This document shows, one piece after another, positions 61,902 through 64,000 of a DNA stretch of 64,000 nucleotides. A model generated the notes under the pieces. That model worked only from the letters and a program-made list of their open reading frames with translations, was not told the DNA's origin and made no database searches. Source of the stretch: Macrostomum hystrix. Its lineage: Eukaryota > Animalia > Platyhelminthes. Positions within the stretch are counted from its first letter, which is position 1. Each line of letters starts with the position of its first letter. The stretch lies in the NCBI GenBank assembly GCA_950097015.1, contig CATNEN010000005.1, forward strand, positions 744,001 to 808,000. The letters are read 5' to 3'. The position numbers and the translations under genes were made by a program.

Positions 61902-62275
61902 ATGGGGGTCGGTGGCAGAGCGGTTAACGCGTTTGCCTCTCGCACCACGGTCCTTAAGTTCGATTCCACGGCGAGGCCACATTTATTTGGGGCGCAGCCG
62001 CGGAGAGAAGGCTTGGGGGCTTGTCGTGCAATTTACGCCCTTGAGGACCAACCTCCAAGGCGCAGTGAAGTGTACACTGCCTGACGATGAGAAAGTCAGG
62101 GCAGATGTACACACCTGTGTGAGCTTGCCTGCGTTCGGTATCTGTGTGCGTGTGTGCTCAGGAGTCAGCGAAATGGGCAGACTTGCCTCCTCGCTGGCTG
62201 CGAGTCTAGTGTCACCAAATTATGTGTCATTGCCCGCAGCCCTCCTGCAATTATTATTATTATTATTATTATTAT
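61902..62275 (+). mobile_element. tRNA-derived SINE copy 4 with (ATT)n tail and perfect 14-bp TSD
   Basis: GGGGGTCGGTGGCAGAGCGG (A-box), GTTCGATTCC (B-box), about 9 ATT units; TSD TAAGCCTCCTCGTT at 61888-61901 and 62276-62289. Confidence 0.95.
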
Positions 62276-62390
62276 TAAGCCTCCTCGTTGAATGACGGTT
62301 TACAATGGACTTGTTTCTGTCGTTCAGCTCTTGAACTTGAGTCACAAGTGCCTTAATTTTCTGTCCTCATCTATACTATTATGTCAACTG

Positions 62391-63175
62391 GGGGATCATT
62401 GTCAACTGGGGGATCATTGTCAACTGGGGGATCATTGGCAACTGGGGGATCATCGTCAACTGGGTGATCATTGTCAACTGGGGGATCATTGTCAACTGGG
62501 GGATCATTGTCAACTTGGGGATCATCATCAACTGGAGGATCAGTGTTAACTGGGTGATCATCATCAACTGGGTGATCATCATCAACTTGGGGATCAACTT
62601 GTTAACTGGGTGATCATCATCAACTGGGTGATCATTATCAACTGGGGGATCATTGTAAACTGGGGGATCATTGTAAACTGGGGGATCATTGTCAACTGGA
62701 GGATCATTGTAAACTGGGGGATCATTGTCAACTGGAGGATCATAGTCAACTGGGGGATCATTGTCAACTGGGGGATCATTGGCAACTGGGGGATCATTAT
62801 CAACTGGGGGATCATTGTAAACTGGGGGATCATTGTAAACTGGGGGATCATTGTCAACTGGAGGATCATAGTCAACTGGGGGATCATTGTCAACTGGGGG
62901 ATCATTGGCAACTGGAGGATTATCGTCAACTGGGTGATCATTGTCAACTGGGGGATCATTGTCAACTGGGGGATTATTGTCAACTTGGGGATCATCATCA
63001 ACTGGGGGATCAGTGTTAGCTGGGTGATCATCATCAACTGGGTGATCATCATCAACTGGGGGATCATTGTCAACTGGGCGATCATAGTCAACTGGGGGAT
63101 CATTGTCAACTGGGGATCATTGGCAACTGGAGGATTATCGTCAACTGGGTGATCATTGTCAACTGGGTGATCATT
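62391..63175. repeat. 18-bp minisatellite (TCAACTGGGGGATCATTG), about 44 units
   Basis: Direct reading. Confidence 0.97.
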
Positions 63176-63925
63176 GTAGCTTAAAAAAGCAGAAAAATAC
63201 CGCTGCTAAAAAGTATATACAAGACGAATTAAAAATATTTCTGCTCCCCGAAGGGGGGCAAAACTTGCTAGTCTATACTATTATTCAAAGTGATAGGATA
63301 AGATTATTTTGAAATGTGAGAGACGGCGAGCATAATTACGTTAATTGCAATGAGGGCATACACATTGTTTGACCATATTGTATTGATCACATTGCTAAAT
63401 AGGCATTGGGTATTTGAAATACCCCGTCTTTCTACTGCTAACTAGCTCACTTAAAATCACTATTGCACTTTCAGCCACACAACCCCAAGCACTGGTATTT
63501 GAGTCACTGCATGGCTTGAAAAAAGAAGCAACTGTCCAGAGATCACGATAAAAGAGTCGAAACTATATAGAAATAATGATGCAACGAGTAGAATAGATAG
63601 AGATTTGATTTCAAATTCGATTTGATAAAAATGCATTAGCGGATTTGAAAGTCGCGCAAGTTCGTAACAAACAGCCAAAGAAACGGTTGTGTAGGTACAA
63701 TTAGCTGCAATGCGTTTTGCATTCGTCACTGCCGGTAATGCTCTCTCTCTCTTTCTCTCTTTCTCTCCGTTTCCTTTTCCGGCTTGCAATGTGTGGGACC
63801 ACAATCATATAACCTCGTATCTACGGCTGAGTGTTCCTCGGCGCGAATTCGAAAGTCACTTGCCGGATTTTTTTCACTCCTTACCCAGCTGCCCGCGCCT
63901 CCAGTGTTTCTCTCTCTTCGTCGTG

Positions 63926-63994
63926 CCAATTTCGGATTGGCTAGTGCCTCTTTCTCCCTCTCTCTCTCTGAGCGTTTCTCCGCCTCGTGATTGG
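63926..63994. promoter_or_regulatory. Cluster of three CCAAT/ATTGG pentamers, possible promoter of a gene beyond the window
   Basis: CCAAT 63926-63930, ATTGG 63936-63940 and 63990-63994 among CT-rich tracts. Motif match only. Confidence 0.3.
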
Positions 63995-64000
63995 TCATCT

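Noticed and set aside
61904-61975. Possible tRNA gene
   Set aside because: It has A/B boxes but no complete cloverleaf or acceptor stem; it continues into a SINE body with tail and TSD.
62594-63152. (IVNWGI)n / (QLTMIP)n ORFs resembling solenoid proteins
   Set aside because: 18-bp array open on both strands; no start context or flanking exons.
9628-63175. CRISPR-like appearance of 21-43 bp repeats
   Set aside because: Units are head-to-tail with no unique spacers, there are no cas genes, and the context is eukaryotic.

Overview
Eukaryotic, intron-rich genomic DNA from an invertebrate animal. The GC-rich exons and dense 16-43 bp minisatellites are consistent with a flatworm such as Macrostomum lignano (inference, not verified). 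I reconstructed spliced models by hand with phase-consistent GT-AG junctions: a 5'-partial OGFOD3 (+), a 16-exon cGMP-dependent protein kinase (+, 805 aa), a 4-exon IWS1 (+, 721 aa) and a 12-exon MATE/SLC47 transporter (-, 692 aa). There is also an intronless secreted PAN/Apple + LamG-like protein (-, 311 aa) and a small orphan ORF (-, 88 aa). About 40% of the window (roughly 25 kb by my tally) is more than 20 mostly unrelated tandem arrays, nearly one per long intron. Mobile elements include hAT and LINE relics, a tRNA-derived SINE family (three copies with TSDs) and a Mutator-like MITE with a 9-bp TSD. Most long ORFs in the supplied track are repeat artefacts. The most unusual pattern is that the splice-donor core GTGAG recurs in about 7 independent arrays. 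One 39-bp array reads as 28 head-to-tail CAG|GTGAGA junctions. Donor-bearing arrays twice lie next to arrays that are their antisense complement on the same strand. This suggests a possible decoy-donor/masking or recursive-splicing arrangement; it is a hypothesis only.
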